This document shows, one piece after another, positions 28,668-39,140 of a DNA stretch of 64,000 nucleotides (position 1 is its first letter; each line of letters starts with the position of its first letter). The notes under the pieces were generated by a model. That model was not told where the DNA came from and ran no database searches. It saw nothing but the letters and a program-made list of their open reading frames with translations. The position numbers and the translations under genes were made by a program. This stretch comes from Myxococcota bacterium. GTDB lineage: Bacteria; Myxococcota_A; SURF-8. The stretch covers positions 576,001 to 640,000 of the forward strand of contig CAXXQS010000002.1 of assembly GCA_963674735.2 (NCBI GenBank). Direction: 5' to 3'.

Positions 28668-30391
28668 GGCTCACTCCTCACCAGATCCTTGATCCGCAGT
28701 TGGATGGTTTTCTCGCCTCGATAGGTGTTGTACTCCGGAACGTAGACAATGTCCAGGCAGTCGCCGCGAGCCACCGGCGTCTCGCCCATACCAAAGGCGA
28801 TGGCATCGTAGCTGCGTCCGTTTTTCGCCAAGCCGAATTTCCAATGTTTCTTCTTTAGAAGCCGCGCCCGTTGCACCCGGGCTCCGTGTTCGATGAAGGC
28901 CGGAGCCGGGTTGTTCATGCCGAATGGAGCCAAAGCCTGAAATTGATCGAGCAGGCCGTAGTCCAGAAGATCGATGGAGCAGGGGCCGTCGGTTTGCAGG
29001 CGCGGAATGAAATCCGCGGGGGTCAGACGTTCGGCAGCATCGCGTACGAAAGCATCGCGGAAGGCCTCCAGCCGCTCTTCGCGGATCGTCAACCCGGCCG
29101 CCTGGGCATGACCGCCGAACTGTTCCAGGTATGCGGTTTGCCGGGCCAGGGCCTCTTGTATATGAAAAGCCGGAATGGAACGACAACTGCCGCGCCCCAG
29201 GCCCTCGTCGTTGAAACCGATCACGACCGCGGGCCGTTGCAGCTTTTCCACCAGACGCGAAGCGGCCAGACCCACCACGCCTTCGTGCCAACCACGTTTC
29301 CCCAGAACCAGAACCGGCGCGTCCGCCCATTCGGGATGCGCCTCCACCATCTCCAGCGCCTCGTCCACCACGCGTGTTTCAAGCTGCCGACGCACCTGGT
29401 TGCGGCGATTGAGAAGGGTCGCCAGTTCGCGCGCCTGCTGGAGATCCTCCGTCGTGAGCAGATTCACCCCGGCCATGGCGTCACCCAGACGCCCCCCGGC
29501 ATTGAGACGCGGTCCCATCATGAAACCGACCGTATAGCTGTCCACGTCGGCATCGATATCGAGGCCGCAGACTTCCTTGAGCGCCATCACCCCCGGATGC
29601 CGCGAACGCGAGAGGTAGGGCAGACCGAAGCGCACCAGAAGCCGATTGAGACCGGTGAGCGGAACCATGTCGGCCACCGTTCCCAAAGCCGCCAGATCGA
29701 GGTGTTCTTTCAAATTGGGGGCCTTCTCGCGCTCCAGCAGACCGCAGGTCACCAGATGACGCCGCAACCCCGCCAACAGCATGAAGGTCAGCCCGCAGGC
29801 GGCGGGATCGTCGTAAGGGAAGGTGCAACCGGGCTGTTTGGGATTCAAGATCGCACAGGCCGCAGGCAAAACGGGCCCCAATTCGTGATGATCCACCACG
29901 ATCACGTCCATCCCCAGCCGGGCGGCCAACGCGACTTCATCGACACTCACGATACCGTTGTCGACGGTGATGATCAATTTGATGCCGCGCCGGGCCATTT
30001 CCTCGACGGCCTGAGTTTTCAAGCCATAGCCATCTTCTCGACGCAGCGGCACACCCAATTCGATCGGCACGTCAATCTGTTTGAAAAAACGGCCCAACAA
30101 CGACAAAGAGGTAACTCCGTCCACGTCGTAATCGCCCCAGCCCATGATCGGCTCGTGCTCGCGAATGGCACGTTCGATGCGCTCCACGGCGGCCTGCATG
30201 CCCGCCATCAGAAAGGGATCGGGCAATTCGCTCAAACGGCCGTGCAGAAAAAAGCGGGCCTGCTCAGGATCGCCCTGGCCCCGCTGCACCAATAGACGCG
30301 CCACCGGTTCCCGCAGCTCCAAGGCCTGCGCCACTGTTTGAACCGCGTCCTCATCGGTTGCCCGGATGTCCCAGATGCGCGCCTGCGCCAT
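28664..30391 (-). CDS. recJ: Single-stranded DNA exonuclease RecJ
   Basis: GDYDVDG, TVDNG, DHH, GTVAD, PRLNAGGR, GSCRS, GGH..AAG and PFGMNNP motifs. Confidence 0.96.
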   Translation of the reverse strand: MAQARIWDIRATDEDAVQTVAQALELREPVARLLVQRGQGDPEQARFFLHGRLSELPDPFLMAGMQAAVERIERAIREHEPIMGWGDYDVDGVTSLSLLGRFFKQIDVPIELGVPLRREDGYGLKTQAVEEMARRGIKLIITVDNGIVSVDEVALAARLGMDVIVVDHHELGPVLPAACAILNPKQPGCTFPYDDPAACGLTFMLLAGLRRHLVTCGLLEREKAPNLKEHLDLAALGTVADMVPLTGLNRLLVRFGLPYLSRSRHPGVMALKEVCGLDIDADVDSYTVGFMMGPRLNAGGRLGDAMAGVNLLTTEDLQQARELATLLNRRNQVRRQLETRVVDEALEMVEAHPEWADAPVLVLGKRGWHEGVVGLAASRLVEKLQRPAVVIGFNDEGLGRGSCRSIPAFHIQEALARQTAYLEQFGGHAQAAGLTIREERLEAFRDAFVRDAAERLTPADFIPRLQTDGPCSIDLLDYGLLDQFQALAPFGMNNPAPAFIEHGARVQRARLLKKKHWKFGLAKNGRSYDAIAFGMGETPVARGDCLDIVYVPEYNTYRGEKTIQLRIKDLVRSEP

Positions 30392-30593
30392 GATCACCTC
30401 GTGGGTTTGAAATCGCCGAAAGGCGAAGAATCCCCGGATTGTAATCCTCTCCGGACGGCTTGTCAAAGCGCTTGAATCTCCGTTCCGCACTTGTGTTGCC
30501 CGCACCCGGCGAGGTCCAAAAAGCTTGCGAGCGCGGGTGAAATGGAGTAGTCATGATCGGATGTGTCCGGACCGTCGATGAAGGAGGAAACGG

Positions 30594-32108
30594 ATGGGGC
30601 TGGTCCCCGATTGGAAACTGTCACGCGATGTCGTCAAGCTGGCGGCCCCGGTGGTGTTGGGTATGGTGGTGCAAACCGCCATGAACCTGGCCGACACCAT
30701 TATGGTCGGCTTCATGAGCGACGAAGCGGAGTCCGTGGCCGGAGTGGCGGCCATCGGCGTGACGCTGCCGATGTTCTGGGCGGTGGGCGGTTTTCTGTCG
30801 GCGATCGCGGTGGGCACCCAAGCCCTGACAGCCCGACGCTTCGGGGAGGAACGCTACGATCTTTCCGGTCGGGTACTGTACAATTCGCTCTCCATCGCCG
30901 TAACCATGGGCATCACGCTATCCATCCTGGGCGTTCTGCTGGCCCCGAAAGTCTTTCCCTTTTTCAACTCCAACCCGGAGGTGATGAAGGCCGGTATTCC
31001 GTACGCTCAAGCCCGCTTCGCCGCCGTCTTTTCCATGGTGGCCACCTTCAGTTATAAATCCTTTTTCGACGGTATCGGAAAAACCTACGTGGCCATGGTC
31101 GCCTCGATGGTAATGAACGTGCTCAATCTGGCACTCAATGCCGTTCTCATATACGGGCTATTCGGTTTCCCGCAACTCGGTGTTTTGGGCGCAGGTATCG
31201 GAACCCTGATCGCCAGCTATGCCGGACTGATCATTATCGCCACCTGGAGTTTCGGTCCGAAATACTTGAAAAAATTCAATTACTACCGCAAGAAAAACTT
31301 CAATCCCTTCGTGATCAAGGAAATCGTGCGCCTCTCGCTTCCGGGCGGATTGGCCACGGTGTTCGTCATGACGGGTTTTCTGCTGTTCTTGAAAATCGTC
31401 GGCCTGATCGATCGCGCCGAGTGGCTGGCCACCTTCCCGCGCGATGCCATGATCGAGTTGGACGCCACGCTCAATACGTTCCTCAGATCGGGCAATGCAG
31501 GCGATATCACCACGCTGATGGCGGGCATCCTGCCGCATGTCGATCACATGACCGAAAGCACCCGGCTGCCGCTGTTTACGGCCGGAACCAAGGTCATCAT
31601 CGATCTGATGTCGCTGAGTTTCGTGTCGGCCATCGCTCTGGGAACCGGAACGGCGACGCTGGTCAGCCAGAATCTGGGAGCGGGAAACGCGCGTATGGCG
31701 GAGCGCTACGGCTGGGAGGCGGTCAAGATCGCCGCGTATTCACTCGGTATTTTCGGTTTGTTGCAAGCGATCTTCCCGCACTTTTTCCTTGGGCTGTTCA
31801 CCGACAAACAACCGGTGATTCTGGCGGCCGCCAGCAGCATGCGCGTGGTGGCGCTGGTCAACTGGATGGTCGGAGCCGGGTTGGTTTTCATGCACTCGCT
31901 GTTCGGGGCGGGTAACGCCAAGTTCGTGATGTACGTCGAAATGACCCTGCACCTGCTTTGTCTGGTGCCGCTGGCCTACCTGTTCGGAGTCGTTTTCGGC
32001 TGGCAGATGGAAGGCCTGTGGCTGGCCGCGGCTATCTATGTCGTCTCGCTCGGCACCATTCTGGGCTGGAAGTTCTGGCAAGGAAAATGGAAATACATTA
32101 AGATTTAG
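30594..32108 (+). CDS. MATE-family transporter
   Basis: LAAPVVL, DTIMVG, LN..LIYG.FG.P.LGV.GAG and VSQNLGAG motifs; about 12 TM. Confidence 0.92.
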   Translation: MGLVPDWKLSRDVVKLAAPVVLGMVVQTAMNLADTIMVGFMSDEAESVAGVAAIGVTLPMFWAVGGFLSAIAVGTQALTARRFGEERYDLSGRVLYNSLSIAVTMGITLSILGVLLAPKVFPFFNSNPEVMKAGIPYAQARFAAVFSMVATFSYKSFFDGIGKTYVAMVASMVMNVLNLALNAVLIYGLFGFPQLGVLGAGIGTLIASYAGLIIIATWSFGPKYLKKFNYYRKKNFNPFVIKEIVRLSLPGGLATVFVMTGFLLFLKIVGLIDRAEWLATFPRDAMIELDATLNTFLRSGNAGDITTLMAGILPHVDHMTESTRLPLFTAGTKVIIDLMSLSFVSAIALGTGTATLVSQNLGAGNARMAERYGWEAVKIAAYSLGIFGLLQAIFPHFFLGLFTDKQPVILAAASSMRVVALVNWMVGAGLVFMHSLFGAGNAKFVMYVEMTLHLLCLVPLAYLFGVVFGWQMEGLWLAAAIYVVSLGTILGWKFWQGKWKYIKI

Positions 32109-32159
32109 ACGCTTTGACTGACCAACGCGAGCGAATCGCAGGGCTGTGGGAGAGCGTCG

Positions 32160-34217
32160 GTGTCCCGTCTCATCACCTCGAACTTCATGGCACGTATAAG
32201 CGCCCTGGGCGTTTTGACGCTGATGCTGGCCGGAATCGTCTGCGGTTTCGGCCTGTGGTGGCATCCGCCCACGCGGGTCGGCGTCGCCCCGGCGGTCGTT
32301 CCCCATCTCCACGTTGCGTGTGAAACCTGGGCGCAAGCCAACGGCGATTGGGACGTCACCACCCGCTCGGAAGACGATCGCCTGAGCCTGACCCTCCAAG
32401 CCCTCGATCCCGCAACCGGCGAACCGACAAGCGAGCCAAGCGCCATTCATCTGAGCCTGTTTCCCGAAAGTCCGGGCGATACGCAGGCTTTCTCCGTTCG
32501 GCTCGCATCCCCATCTCCCGCCCAATCCGGCTTGATCGCGGCCCTGAAGCAAGCCTTGCAAAGCCCCGACGCTCCCCCCTTATGGGTATGGGAAGACGGC
32601 ACGGCCCTCCCGCGACGCCATGCCGTGTGGGCGGGTCGGCTGTTCGGAATCACCGCCGTCTGTTGGCTGCTCGTGCTGGCCGCTGGATTTCTGCTCCCCT
32701 TTCGGTTGGACTTCTCACACCGCGATGCCGCGCTGGGACTGGCTCTGTGCGCATCCCTGGCCTGGATGTCGGCTTCCGCAGCGGTTCCTTTGGATATCAA
32801 GCTACATTTTTTGCCCCTTGATCTTGGCCGGACGGATATCATCAGCTTTTACGGCATCGGATTCCCCGGCTTTCTCACCTGGGTCGATTGGGTGGCGGGA
32901 CGTCATCCATGCTGCGTCTATGCGGCCGTGGCTCTCACCGGCATGGGGTCGCTGATCCTGCTGTACACCCTCACCGCGCGCCTGACCAACCGCCGCATCG
33001 CGGCCTGGACCGTGCTCCTGCTGAGCGTTCACCCGCTATGGCTACGCGCGCTGTTATCCGATTCGAGCCACCTGCCCGCCCTGTTCGCCACCCTCACCGC
33101 CTGCGCGTTATGGTGGCTCGGACCGCCTCGTTTTCACATCCGCCTGCTTGCCGTAGTTGCGCTGGTTCTGGCCATGTCGGTACGTCTGGAACTGCTCGTA
33201 CTGCCACTGGTATTGGGATTATTAATCTGGGTTCTGCGTAAACGGCCTTTCAAGCACCGTCCGCCCGTCTGGACGCCCGCAACCTGGTTGGCGCTGGGCT
33301 GCGGCGCGTTGTGGCTGATTCCCAACTATCTGCTGCTCGCCTCGTCTTTCCCGACCGAAAGCGGATTGGAACTCGACCCGTGGCGGACACTCGTCGCGGC
33401 CATCGGCTTCAACGACGGCAACCTGTGGTTCGACCGCGGCTTTTCACCGGCCTGGATTCCTTGGTTGACGTGGCTGGGGTTTCTGCGCTTGCTGCAAAAA
33501 AAACAGTACCGAGCGGTCCTCGCCGCCGTAGCGGCCCTGGCCCTTTTTCTAGTGCACCCCTTCACCACCCAGCGGCTGTTTCAATCGATTCATTATCAGG
33601 TTCCCCTCTGGCCGATTGCGGCACTGGTCGCAGGTTATGCGCTGGCAGAATTGCAAAGCGTGTTGGCGGCCGGGCGCAGCCGCCGCGTACAAGCGGCCAT
33701 GACCATCGCCGCCGCCGGGTTGCTCGTGGCCACACCCGCGTCGTTCGGCACGTTGCTAAGCGACACGCCCACCGCCGCCCACGGGGAAGCCGCCTTTTTG
33801 ACCCGGCAGGCTGCAAACCTCGACCCGACTCGGCCGGTCTGGAGTTGGAAAACGGATGGGGACGGTCCGCTGAAAAACCCGGATCTCTTACTCGAAGCCC
33901 TTGGTGCCATTCCTTCCGACTGGCGCTTCGGCACGCACGAGCGGCCCCTTCCCGCGCCCGAGGATCGAGCCGTCTATTATTACCGCAGCGCCGCTTGCTG
34001 GATCGATCCGTCCGTCGCCGGGCAATGCCGGACCTTCGAGCAGCGGGTCGACTTGACGCCCCTCGCCACCCAAACCATTCCGGCCCGGGCCTTCGCCCAC
34101 GAACGCTACCCGAGTGCGGAATTCGAAATCGGCTTATACCGGATCGAGGCACCCACAACCGCAGATCGGCAACCTGCCGAATACGGCACAAAAAAAGGCG
34201 GGAACAACCCGCCTTGA
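32160..34217 (+). CDS. GT-C (family 39-like) polytopic membrane glycosyltransferase candidate
   Basis: Many TM segments; LY.L..RL...RIA....LLL..HP.WLR and S.RLE patterns; Cys-containing periplasmic tail. Confidence 0.55.
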   Translation: MSRLITSNFMARISALGVLTLMLAGIVCGFGLWWHPPTRVGVAPAVVPHLHVACETWAQANGDWDVTTRSEDDRLSLTLQALDPATGEPTSEPSAIHLSLFPESPGDTQAFSVRLASPSPAQSGLIAALKQALQSPDAPPLWVWEDGTALPRRHAVWAGRLFGITAVCWLLVLAAGFLLPFRLDFSHRDAALGLALCASLAWMSASAAVPLDIKLHFLPLDLGRTDIISFYGIGFPGFLTWVDWVAGRHPCCVYAAVALTGMGSLILLYTLTARLTNRRIAAWTVLLLSVHPLWLRALLSDSSHLPALFATLTACALWWLGPPRFHIRLLAVVALVLAMSVRLELLVLPLVLGLLIWVLRKRPFKHRPPVWTPATWLALGCGALWLIPNYLLLASSFPTESGLELDPWRTLVAAIGFNDGNLWFDRGFSPAWIPWLTWLGFLRLLQKKQYRAVLAAVAALALFLVHPFTTQRLFQSIHYQVPLWPIAALVAGYALAELQSVLAAGRSRRVQAAMTIAAAGLLVATPASFGTLLSDTPTAAHGEAAFLTRQAANLDPTRPVWSWKTDGDGPLKNPDLLLEALGAIPSDWRFGTHERPLPAPEDRAVYYYRSAACWIDPSVAGQCRTFEQRVDLTPLATQTIPARAFAHERYPSAEFEIGLYRIEAPTTADRQPAEYGTKKGGNNPP
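34190..34215 (-). terminator. Terminator after purM (possibly bidirectional)
   Basis: AAGGCGGG/CCCGCCTT hairpin with a T run on the minus strand. Confidence 0.7.
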
Positions 34218-34237
34218 TTGCGTTTTTTCAGCCGGAT

Positions 34238-35278
34238 TTACTCAATGATTACATGCGGGGCCTCGTCGCTTTCGTGAATCCGGCCGATGCGCACCAGCTC
34301 TTCCCCGTGCTGCGCCGCCAGCGCCTGCAAGGGTTCCACATCGGCTTCGGCGACCACCGCCACCATACCGATTCCCATATTGAACGTCCGATACATTTCG
34401 CGTTCTTCCACCGGACCATGGGTCATCAAGAACGAGAAAATCGGAAGGACCGGAACGGCGGCGCGTTCGATCACGGCATACGTGCGGTCGGGCAGAACCC
34501 GTGGAATGTTGTCGAAGAAGCCCCCGCCGGTGATATGCGCCAAGGCTTTCACCTTGCCGGTACGCACCATGTCGAGAATCGGCTTGACGTAGATCTTGGT
34601 GGGATTGAGCAGCACATCGGCCACCGTTCCCCCCAATTCGCGGATTTCGCTCTCGGGACTCAATCCCAGATTGTCGAACAGGATCTTGCGTGCGAGTGAG
34701 TAACCGTTGGAGTGCAGGCCGTTGGAAGGCATCCCCAGCACCACGTCACCGGGCGTCACCCGACGCCCATCCACGATGTCGTCTTCATCGACGATTCCCA
34801 CCGAAAAGCCCGCCAGATCGTATTCGCCGGTCTTGTAAAAGCCCGGCAATTCGGCGGTTTCGCCACCAATCAAAGCGCAGCCGGCCTGACGGCAGCCCTC
34901 GGCGATCCCCTTCACCACCTGGGCGGCGTCTTCGGCCTTGAGCTTGCCGCAAGCGTAATAGTCGAGGAAAAACAACGGCTCGGCCCCCTGCACCACCAGA
35001 TCGTTTACCGACATGGCCACCAGGTCGATGCCGATAGTGTCGTGGCGATTCGCCCAAAAAGCGACTTTCAGCTTGGTGCCCACCCCATCGGTTCCCGACA
35101 CCAGAACCGGCCGCTTGTAGCGCGACAGGTCGGGACGGAAAAGCGCACCGAAGCCACCGATATCCGTAGATACTTCGGGCCGATAGGTGGCTTTCACCAT
35201 GGGTTTGATCATCTCCACCATGCGGGTGGCTTCATCGATATCCACCCCTGCTTCGCGGTATGTGGCTTTTTTGTCCAT
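34238..35278 (-). CDS. purM: Phosphoribosylformylglycinamidine cyclo-ligase (AIR synthetase)
   Basis: YREAGVD, GTDGVGTKLK, GGETAELPG, GLHSNGYSL, HITGGG and TFNMGIG motifs. Confidence 0.98.
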   Translation of the reverse strand: MDKKATYREAGVDIDEATRMVEMIKPMVKATYRPEVSTDIGGFGALFRPDLSRYKRPVLVSGTDGVGTKLKVAFWANRHDTIGIDLVAMSVNDLVVQGAEPLFFLDYYACGKLKAEDAAQVVKGIAEGCRQAGCALIGGETAELPGFYKTGEYDLAGFSVGIVDEDDIVDGRRVTPGDVVLGMPSNGLHSNGYSLARKILFDNLGLSPESEIRELGGTVADVLLNPTKIYVKPILDMVRTGKVKALAHITGGGFFDNIPRVLPDRTYAVIERAAVPVLPIFSFLMTHGPVEEREMYRTFNMGIGMVAVVAEADVEPLQALAAQHGEELVRIGRIHESDEAPHVIIE

Positions 35279-35377
35279 CGTTATCCTCCTGATATGCGGT
35301 CGCACCCTAGCGGATTTTGTCCCGGCTGTCAACGCTACACGTACGATCGCGGCAAGCTTTCACACGCTTGGAGGATA

Positions 35378-36193
35378 TCAGGTTCCCGTGCTTTCGTAAC
35401 GCGACAACCCCACTTGGAAAAGCGTGATCCCCGCCGCCAGCGCTCCACCGGCGACCAACAGGGAAATCAGCAACACGCGCCAGGCCAGCGGCCCGTGTTC
35501 GAGCACCCATACGGCGGGATAGAAGGCGGTGAAGGCGAATGGAACCACGTAGGAAAACAGCAGACGGATACCCAGCGGGTAAACGGTGATCGGGTAACGC
35601 GAAACATCGCTCAGCGAAAACAAGGGCATGAGCATCCCGCCACGGTCGGGCATCCAAAAGGAAACCGAGGCTAAAAGAAGGAAAATCCCGAGATAAACCG
35701 CCGTCCCGATCAAAAACGCCAGCAATAGCGCTCCGACGGTGGCGAGCGTGAACGGCAGATCCATCTGCCACCAGGCCCAACCGATCAACGCCCCGCCCTT
35801 GAGTAAAATCACGGCGTCGAACATGTCGAGGTTTTCCATCATGAGCTGCATCAACGGCGAAATGGGCCGCACCAGCAAGCGGTCGAGGTGACCATCCACG
35901 ATGTAGTATTCCGATAGACGTGTGACCATGTGGAAGAAGAAAATGGCAAACAGCCCGAAGCAGAATTCCCCCATCCCATACAGAAAGATCAACTGCGGAA
36001 AGGTCCAGCCCGCAATGTCGGGCACTTTTTGTAAAAGCACCCACAAAAAGGTGATGTTAAGCATTCCGTAGGCGAGCGTGCCGATGAGGTTGACGAAAAA
36101 GTCCCAGGGATAGGCCAGTTTCACCTTGAGGTTCTGCAACGCATAGGCGGCGTAGATGCGAATGTGAAAACCCAAACGGGCGCTGAGCCCCAT
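35378..36193 (-). CDS. ABC-2 family permease (DUF990-like)
   Basis: IAGWTFPQL, DGHLDRLLVRP, YPITVYP and PFAFTAFYPA motifs; GGAG RBS before the ATG at 36193. Confidence 0.85.
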   Translation of the reverse strand: MGLSARLGFHIRIYAAYALQNLKVKLAYPWDFFVNLIGTLAYGMLNITFLWVLLQKVPDIAGWTFPQLIFLYGMGEFCFGLFAIFFFHMVTRLSEYYIVDGHLDRLLVRPISPLMQLMMENLDMFDAVILLKGGALIGWAWWQMDLPFTLATVGALLLAFLIGTAVYLGIFLLLASVSFWMPDRGGMLMPLFSLSDVSRYPITVYPLGIRLLFSYVVPFAFTAFYPAVWVLEHGPLAWRVLLISLLVAGGALAAGITLFQVGLSRYESTGT

Positions 36194-36198
36194 ACTCC

Positions 36199-37575
36199 CT
36201 ACCTCATGTGTGTTTCGTTTTCGAGCGTCGCAATGCGGCGGACATAAGCATCGGCGTCGAACTTGCGGCGCAGACCCTTGTCGTTCATATAGCGGATCTT
36301 GCCGAAGACGGGCCGCTCGGCCCAGGCCCGGTCGTGCAGACCGAAACACCAGGCTACTCCGGTATAACCGTTCGGGTCGCGTCCGTCCAGTTCGTATTTG
36401 TCGTTGAGATACAGCGCAATCTCGAAAGCCCGTTCCGGCGAGCGCGACCATTCGAGGATTTTCTTGCCCCAGTACATGCGCATGTAGCCGTGCATCTTGC
36501 CACTGCGCACCATTTCGAGCTGGGCGGCGTTGAAATACGGATCGTGGGTGCGCCCCGCCTCCCAGTCCGCGAGCGAATAGGCATGTGTACGCGGGTCGCG
36601 GGCATGCTGCGCGAGGGTGAGTCGCGCCCAATCGGGCAGGGCGGAATAGCGGTCGTAGTCGGGAGTGAAATGAACGAAGTTCATGGCCAGTTCACGCCGT
36701 ACCACCAGTTCCTCCAAAAACGCCTGCGCCCCGTCGCCGCCCCGTTCGGCCGCCCATAGCGCGGCCTGCAAGGCGCTGATCTGTCCGAAATGCAAATAAG
36801 GGCTCAAGCCCGACAACGCATCGGCGTTGGGGTCGTTGCGCCGCTCGGCATAGTCGGCCAGCCCTTCGTCCATGAATTGCCGCAGCCGCTTTTGCGCCGC
36901 GCGTTCGCCCCCGCGCCACTTCGCCACCGGCGACACCGAATCGTCCAATGCGAGCACCGCCAGAAAGGCTTCGGGCTCGACCGGCAGCATCGGACGCGGT
37001 GCAGCCAGTCCCAGCCCGTCCTTCTTCGGCCGCAACGGCTTCACCGGACGCATGAAACGCGGCAGGTTGCGATGAATTTTACGACGCAGGGTGTAAGCGG
37101 CATACTCGCGTTTTTCGCTGGCGACTTCCAGTGGCACCACCACATCGCTTTCGACCTGGATGAGCGGACAATTCAACGCCACCGCCGCCTTCGCCCGCCA
37201 GGTTTTCTGTATCCGGGTATAGCCGCAATCGGTCACCACCAGGGCCGCTTCGCGGGCCGCCGCAAGCACCGCACGTTCGGGGGAACCTGCCACCACCCAC
37301 AAGGGAATACCCAGCTTTTCAAGCCCGGCCTGCACATCCGCCAGGCCCTCGGCCATAAATGCGTAATGCCGCCGATTCGCTCCCGGATAGCGGTCCGTGA
37401 TCCCGACCAACACCGCCACGGGCAAACCACGCAGATTGGCCAGTTCGACGGCGTGAGTCAGGGCATGGTTGAAGGCCACCCGCTGGGCCTGCTGCATCCA
37501 CACCAACACGAAACGTCCCGGTTGCTCGGCTTCGCGATTGAGAACTTGAATGCGTTCCAGTTGGACACCCGACAC
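36199..37575 (-). CDS. phr: Deoxyribodipyrimidine photolyase, class II CPD type
   Basis: WM...QR..N.AL, SGLSPYLHFGQIS, EELVVRRELA.NF, MHGYMRMYWGKKILEW and DGRDPNGY motifs; start inferred at GTG 37575. Confidence 0.93.
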   Translation of the reverse strand: MSGVQLERIQVLNREAEQPGRFVLVWMQQAQRVAFNHALTHAVELANLRGLPVAVLVGITDRYPGANRRHYAFMAEGLADVQAGLEKLGIPLWVVAGSPERAVLAAAREAALVVTDCGYTRIQKTWRAKAAVALNCPLIQVESDVVVPLEVASEKREYAAYTLRRKIHRNLPRFMRPVKPLRPKKDGLGLAAPRPMLPVEPEAFLAVLALDDSVSPVAKWRGGERAAQKRLRQFMDEGLADYAERRNDPNADALSGLSPYLHFGQISALQAALWAAERGGDGAQAFLEELVVRRELAMNFVHFTPDYDRYSALPDWARLTLAQHARDPRTHAYSLADWEAGRTHDPYFNAAQLEMVRSGKMHGYMRMYWGKKILEWSRSPERAFEIALYLNDKYELDGRDPNGYTGVAWCFGLHDRAWAERPVFGKIRYMNDKGLRRKFDADAYVRRIATLENETHMR

Positions 37576-37583
37576 GTCGCGCC

Positions 37584-38060
37584 TCAACCGTTCGTCGGCG
37601 GCCAGACGCCGAAACGCTCTGCCAATATCGCTCGGCGATATGCAAAAACATCGTTGAGCTGGCGTGCAACAAACAGGCTGTGGACCCAGTCTCCCAATGG
37701 CCAGAACGGCATGACATAGTCTACCGTATCCTCCATCCAGACTCCGCCGTCGATCGCGGCAAAGCGGTGCACGTGGTGCCACATGCGATAGGGGCCGAAA
37801 CGCTGCTCGTCTACGAAATATTCGCGTTCGCAAAGATCGGTGATTTCCGTCACCCAAGTGAGCGGAATCCCGAACAGCGGAGTGACGGTATAGGTGATGA
37901 TTGTTCCGGGTGATACACGCTCGGGAATCGAGTTGGTGATGCGAAAGCCCATTTCATCCGGCGTTATCTCGGCCAAATTGCGCGGATCGCTGAAAAAATC
38001 CCAGGCTTCATCGAGGTCGATGGGCAAACGCTGAGTGTGGTGCAATCGGTGAACCCGCAT
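37584..38060 (-). CDS. SRPBCC (START/RHO_alpha_C) family protein
   Basis: AWDFFSDPRNL..ITP, W.TEIT and FVDEQRFGPY.MWHH.H.F motifs. Confidence 0.88.
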   Translation of the reverse strand: MRVHRLHHTQRLPIDLDEAWDFFSDPRNLAEITPDEMGFRITNSIPERVSPGTIITYTVTPLFGIPLTWVTEITDLCEREYFVDEQRFGPYRMWHHVHRFAAIDGGVWMEDTVDYVMPFWPLGDWVHSLFVARQLNDVFAYRRAILAERFGVWPPTNG

Positions 38061-38085
38061 GGGTATCCCTTTCTCATGACGGTGG

Positions 38086-39060
38086 TTAGGCGTAGCTCCG
38101 ACCTTTACCCGAATCGTGGATGTCCGTTAAATCGAGGGGATAAGGCTCGAAAAAACTCTGCTGAGCCAGGTAGTCCGAATTATCGCGCAAAATCCAGGAG
38201 CGCAGCAGGCTGTTGACGGCGCTCAGGGGAAGTTTTTCGCTGCGATACTGCTCCAGCAATTCGAGGAAATGAGCTTTCTCGGGGGCCGACAAAACGGTCT
38301 TGAAATACCCGAGGGCATGCATCAGAACATTGACCACCGACCCCCGCTTGAGCGGCTGCGCCAGAGCCTGGCGCAGATGGGTTTCATAGTCGGCGATCAA
38401 CTCCGCCGCCGGACACCCGTCCGCATTCGCCGTCATCTTCCCCATCGCCCTTAGTTCTTTCTGATTGAAGGCCATCAACAACAGCTTATGCCGAGAGTGA
38501 AAATCCACCAACTTCGCCATTTTGCCCGCCGCGCGAACGCGGCGAAAATCGGCCAGGGTGAAAATGCGGGTGAGGAAACGTTCACGCAGGGTGAAATTGG
38601 TCAGACGTCCCTCGTCCTCCACCGCATCGGCCTCGAAACGCTCCACCACCGCCCCGCCCAAAAATCCGCGCGTTTTCTGGCTGGCGGCTTTCTTCGAGTC
38701 GGGTCCGGGATAGAGTTTGACGTCGCGCGGGCCGCAGGAGGGGGAACGGTGTTTCAGGATAAACCCATCCACATCCGGCAGCGACGACAGCACACCCGCA
38801 ACAAAGTGCTCCATGTCTTCCGTGTAATCCCGTCCGCTGGAAGGTTGATAGAGCTTGCGTTGGCCGTCTTCTTCGATGATACGAATCGGATCGCGCGGCA
38901 CCCCGAGTCCGATTTCCTTTTCCGGACAGTGAACGACGAAATTCACGTAGCCGTTCAAACGCTCGACCACCTCGGAATGAATCGTCATGCCGTTCCAGCG
39001 GCAGGCCTCGAAACCCAGGCAAGCACTCGCAAAAACGGTCGGTTTGGCAAAAGATCGCAT
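38086..39060 (-). CDS. DUF523+DUF1722 protein (YbgA/RudS-like thio-base desulfidase)
   Basis: SACLG..CRWNG, CPE.EIGLGVPR, SPSCG, EDEGRL, FHSRHKLLLMA, NVLMHALGYF and YL.QQSFFEPYP motifs. Confidence 0.9.
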   Translation of the reverse strand: MRSFAKPTVFASACLGFEACRWNGMTIHSEVVERLNGYVNFVVHCPEKEIGLGVPRDPIRIIEEDGQRKLYQPSSGRDYTEDMEHFVAGVLSSLPDVDGFILKHRSPSCGPRDVKLYPGPDSKKAASQKTRGFLGGAVVERFEADAVEDEGRLTNFTLRERFLTRIFTLADFRRVRAAGKMAKLVDFHSRHKLLLMAFNQKELRAMGKMTANADGCPAAELIADYETHLRQALAQPLKRGSVVNVLMHALGYFKTVLSAPEKAHFLELLEQYRSEKLPLSAVNSLLRSWILRDNSDYLAQQSFFEPYPLDLTDIHDSGKGRSYA

Positions 39061-39140
39061 ACCCTCCTCCCCCTTCGTTTTCGTGATCAACACAAATTAT
39101 TCTCTCCGATCCGCTCCTCGGAAATTCGGGTGGACACCCG

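Noticed and set aside
36194-36631. N-terminal extensions in the ORF track (also 15443-15757, 37576-37857, 56933-57166, 12758-12874)
   Set aside because: They overlap neighbouring genes or regulatory DNA and lack family-like sequence; downstream starts fit better, most with an RBS.
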